Assembly: GCA_950097015.1 (NCBI GenBank)
Contig: CATNEN010000039.1
Span: 17,050,001-17,114,000 of the forward strand
DNA from: Macrostomum hystrix
Taxonomy: Eukaryota; Animalia; Platyhelminthes
Length of the DNA stretch: 64,000 bases
Direction of reading: 5' to 3'
Shown: positions 62,601 through 64,000 of the stretch, one piece after another
How positions within the stretch are numbered: position 1 is the first letter of the stretch
Layout: each line of letters begins with the position of its first letter
Notes under the pieces: model-generated
The model's database searches: none
Seen by the model: only the letters and a program-made list of their open reading frames with translations
Told to the model about the DNA's origin: nothing
Made by a program: the position numbers and the translations under genes

Positions 62601-63905
62601 CTCTGGCGTTTCACCCGCATCGTCATGGGTGCCAGCCCATCACCATGGATCTTACAAGCGGTAATTCTCAAGCTCTGTCTTGACGCTACGGAAACTGGGA
62701 GTTTCGGCCTTTCTCGCCAAGAGATTGCTTCAATTCCAAGCGGTTTGTATGTTGACAATCTCGTGATTGGCTACGACAAGTCAGATGAAGGCCCTCGTTT
62801 GGTCAATGGTCTTCGCACACTCTTCCGTTCTGCTTGCTTCAACCTTCGAGAATTCGCCGCTAATGACCGAGAGGCCCTGGTGAATGTTCCCCTGGAAGAT
62901 CGAATCTCACGAACCGAAGTTAAAAACTTAGGTATCACGTGGGATACAACCCTCGACGTGTTGCATCTCACCAAACCTGATATCCCAATGACGGATGGAC
63001 TCACTCGCGTCCAACTTCTCAGCGCGATCTGTAAGATGTACGATCCGTTCGGGTACGCAGCCCCACTAGTACTGGCAGGACGCCTGCTCTATTACAAGGC
63101 ATTCAAGCCCAACGACCCATGGGACAAGCTTGCTGACGCTGAAACGACTGCAGCATGGACAAGGCTTCATCAGGAATTTACGGCGGTCGATCGCATTGCC
63201 GTGCCTCGCTACTGCATTGAGAACAGAGCGAAACCCTGTCGGCTGATCGTCTTCAGTGACGGCTCGACCCAAGCGTACGGCTTTGTTGTCTACGTTCAGC
63301 AGACGATCGACGACCGATCAACCTGTAATCTCATCCTAGCCAAGTCACGTCTCGTACCGTCTGGAAAGAAAAACCTTCTCATAACGGTTCCGCGCATCGA
63401 GCTATGGGCCGCACTCCTGGCCAATCGGACTACGGCGCTCCTTCACGAAATGCTAGTCCCGCATCTGAACATCGTCGGTGTTACTCACTATATCGACTCT
63501 CAGATCGTCCTTCACTGGATCCAGAACGGTAAGAACCTTCGGCCATATGAAGAACGGCGAGTACAAGAGATTCGGAATTCGAACCTTACAACAGACCGTC
63601 GCTACGTCCCCACTAAGGACAATCCTGCTGACTACTGCACTAAGCCGCTAGGTCTCTCTCAGCTCATCGGCTCAGACTTCTACAGAGGTCCTGCCTTCCT
63701 ACAACAGCCCTACGAGAACTGGCCTTCCTGGAACCCGGCTCCACAAGGCAACCAATCGGACAGTAATACTCAATCAGAGAGCAAAGTCTGCAAGGCAACA
63801 TCCTTGAACACCACGGCGACAGCTATTGTAGCAGGTGCTCCATCGGTCATGGATCTCTCTCCGGCGCAACGCCGGAACATTATACGCAGCGCCTTGCTGG
63901 ACTGA
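59694..63905 (+). CDS. BEL/Pao Gag-Pol polyprotein (Gag, 3 Zn knuckles, aspartic protease, RT, RNase H); integrase absent
   Basis: Gag: LQPFDGEDPASFPAFWNSF. Knuckles: CVYC-H-C, CFNCLRGH-C, CRECKDKHHTTIH. Protease: ALIDGGS. RT: TTKVRPVVDAS, LNDLLETGP, DLQSAFYQI, YVDN. Pao RNase H: FSDGS, PRIEL, DSQIVLHWI, NPAD. Confidence 0.95.
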   Translation: MVIRKGHTSTSKRSATVAKPAHSKGTRSNMHTASARALGDAANATPQPTNPGPSTASLPANTLQQIPSSHQGTAISGDTSRNASLANSQQSSTPPATATSVWSPNRTSYLLPESTHSARMPSSGTLPNSQTATQQPDFMQQILGAMTALMQQNQQMLQQLSIRQNPPALSNSPHTSSTQLTQRPASLLSDTILRKVQLQPFDGEDPASFPAFWNSFCHRINQVDYSEVDKFEALRGLLSGNALKKLGGLDACQQGAFQEACRILQINYGDSQEQKSACYKRLLGMHQLIEFEYHSFEEFTDDLRLTIGQLARLGEPTAAVDAYVFAILPKLPASVQMDLQDQRIKAAKPLMPTMVELQDYLDIKLRALRVAKQTIGTISTPFAGASLFNAASSTHSSLKSKSSRVSRSNLPRNITWRSPGHSLKIPNNSGQALRPNCVYCDETDHDVFHCTRVSSPDAKLKILRRKKLCFNCLRGHEIQQCFSRFRCRECKDKHHTTIHGATLSEPKRSTPSAHSTSTTPKTNSHLNAAMTPESQPAITNISQINAVSCFSTTQDGHLGPSVMATFTAPAVNPCTGTSTPVSALIDGGSSYSYLKRDIARKLGLKVYGKVTLDSSSCHSATRRQVQAEIVLLELSTKDGRRMPIKALSTEVVAPSIHIPAVTLPKDIQATLACLPQDVQNIPPAENDEMELDLIIGSDYAQLLIGPGISAISLRPTFTAHLTPFGIVLTGSLEGTPGFQGGQIPTSSLFCNIRQPNLEELVERMTSLDLLGLEKGAETLNLNGERLTKQLIDTTTRGTDGRFSVALPLKPGIERLPSNFGLAFGRAQAIHRRLSPEQRNQYYGEFHKRIEEGVLEPVDGTQPKGQVVHVLPHFPVFKHTSSTTKVRPVVDASARTSLNGPCLNDLLETGPNLLTSLLQVQLRLRLFKYACVSDLQSAFYQICVHPEFRDALRIILPKDHSKPFSQDNWQLWRFTRIVMGASPSPWILQAVILKLCLDATETGSFGLSRQEIASIPSGLYVDNLVIGYDKSDEGPRLVNGLRTLFRSACFNLREFAANDREALVNVPLEDRISRTEVKNLGITWDTTLDVLHLTKPDIPMTDGLTRVQLLSAICKMYDPFGYAAPLVLAGRLLYYKAFKPNDPWDKLADAETTAAWTRLHQEFTAVDRIAVPRYCIENRAKPCRLIVFSDGSTQAYGFVVYVQQTIDDRSTCNLILAKSRLVPSGKKNLLITVPRIELWAALLANRTTALLHEMLVPHLNIVGVTHYIDSQIVLHWIQNGKNLRPYEERRVQEIRNSNLTTDRRYVPTKDNPADYCTKPLGLSQLIGSDFYRGPAFLQQPYENWPSWNPAPQGNQSDSNTQSESKVCKATSLNTTATAIVAGAPSVMDLSPAQRRNIIRSALLD

Positions 63906-64000
63906 CTGACAGAGACTCAATTGACTAATGTGACTAAAGGACGTTCATGCATGCTTCTTTATCAGTTTACACTATTACCTATTTGCGTTATTAACCTACT

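Larger units (their letters stand above)
59301..64000 (+). mobile_element. BEL/Pao LTR retrotransposon (3' end not seen in window)
   Basis: LTR, PBS and a single gag-pol ORF with BEL domain order. Confidence 0.93.

Overview
Eukaryotic (animal) genomic DNA in which roughly half the window is tandem repeat: about 27 distinct micro/minisatellite arrays with 3-30 bp units. The repeat landscape and gene style suggest a flatworm such as Macrostomum; this is inference only. Real coding content is limited to four things. (1) A 5'-truncated non-LTR retrotransposon (RT + RNase H + CCHC finger, Ingi/I-group-like; minus strand, 787-3272) inserted inside a (CAG/CAA)n microsatellite. (2) A two-exon SSUH2-like zinc-finger gene ending in a CaaX box (25331-26791). 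(3) An intronless synaptotagmin-7-like gene that lacks the N-terminal transmembrane anchor and has a perfect GTCACGTGAC (CLEAR/E-box) plus CCAAT upstream (minus strand, 56420-57628). (4) A BEL/Pao LTR retrotransposon (5' LTR 59301-59605, tRNA-iMet PBS, gag-pol ORF that stops before integrase) inserted into a 20-bp minisatellite. The window also holds five copies or fragments of one structured tRNA-derived SINE, a probable LINE 3' end with a (TAA)n tail, a 5.1/5.8-kb head-to-tail duplication, and a 12-bp satellite built on the telomeric TTAGGG hexamer. Nearly all other long ORFs are translations of repeats.
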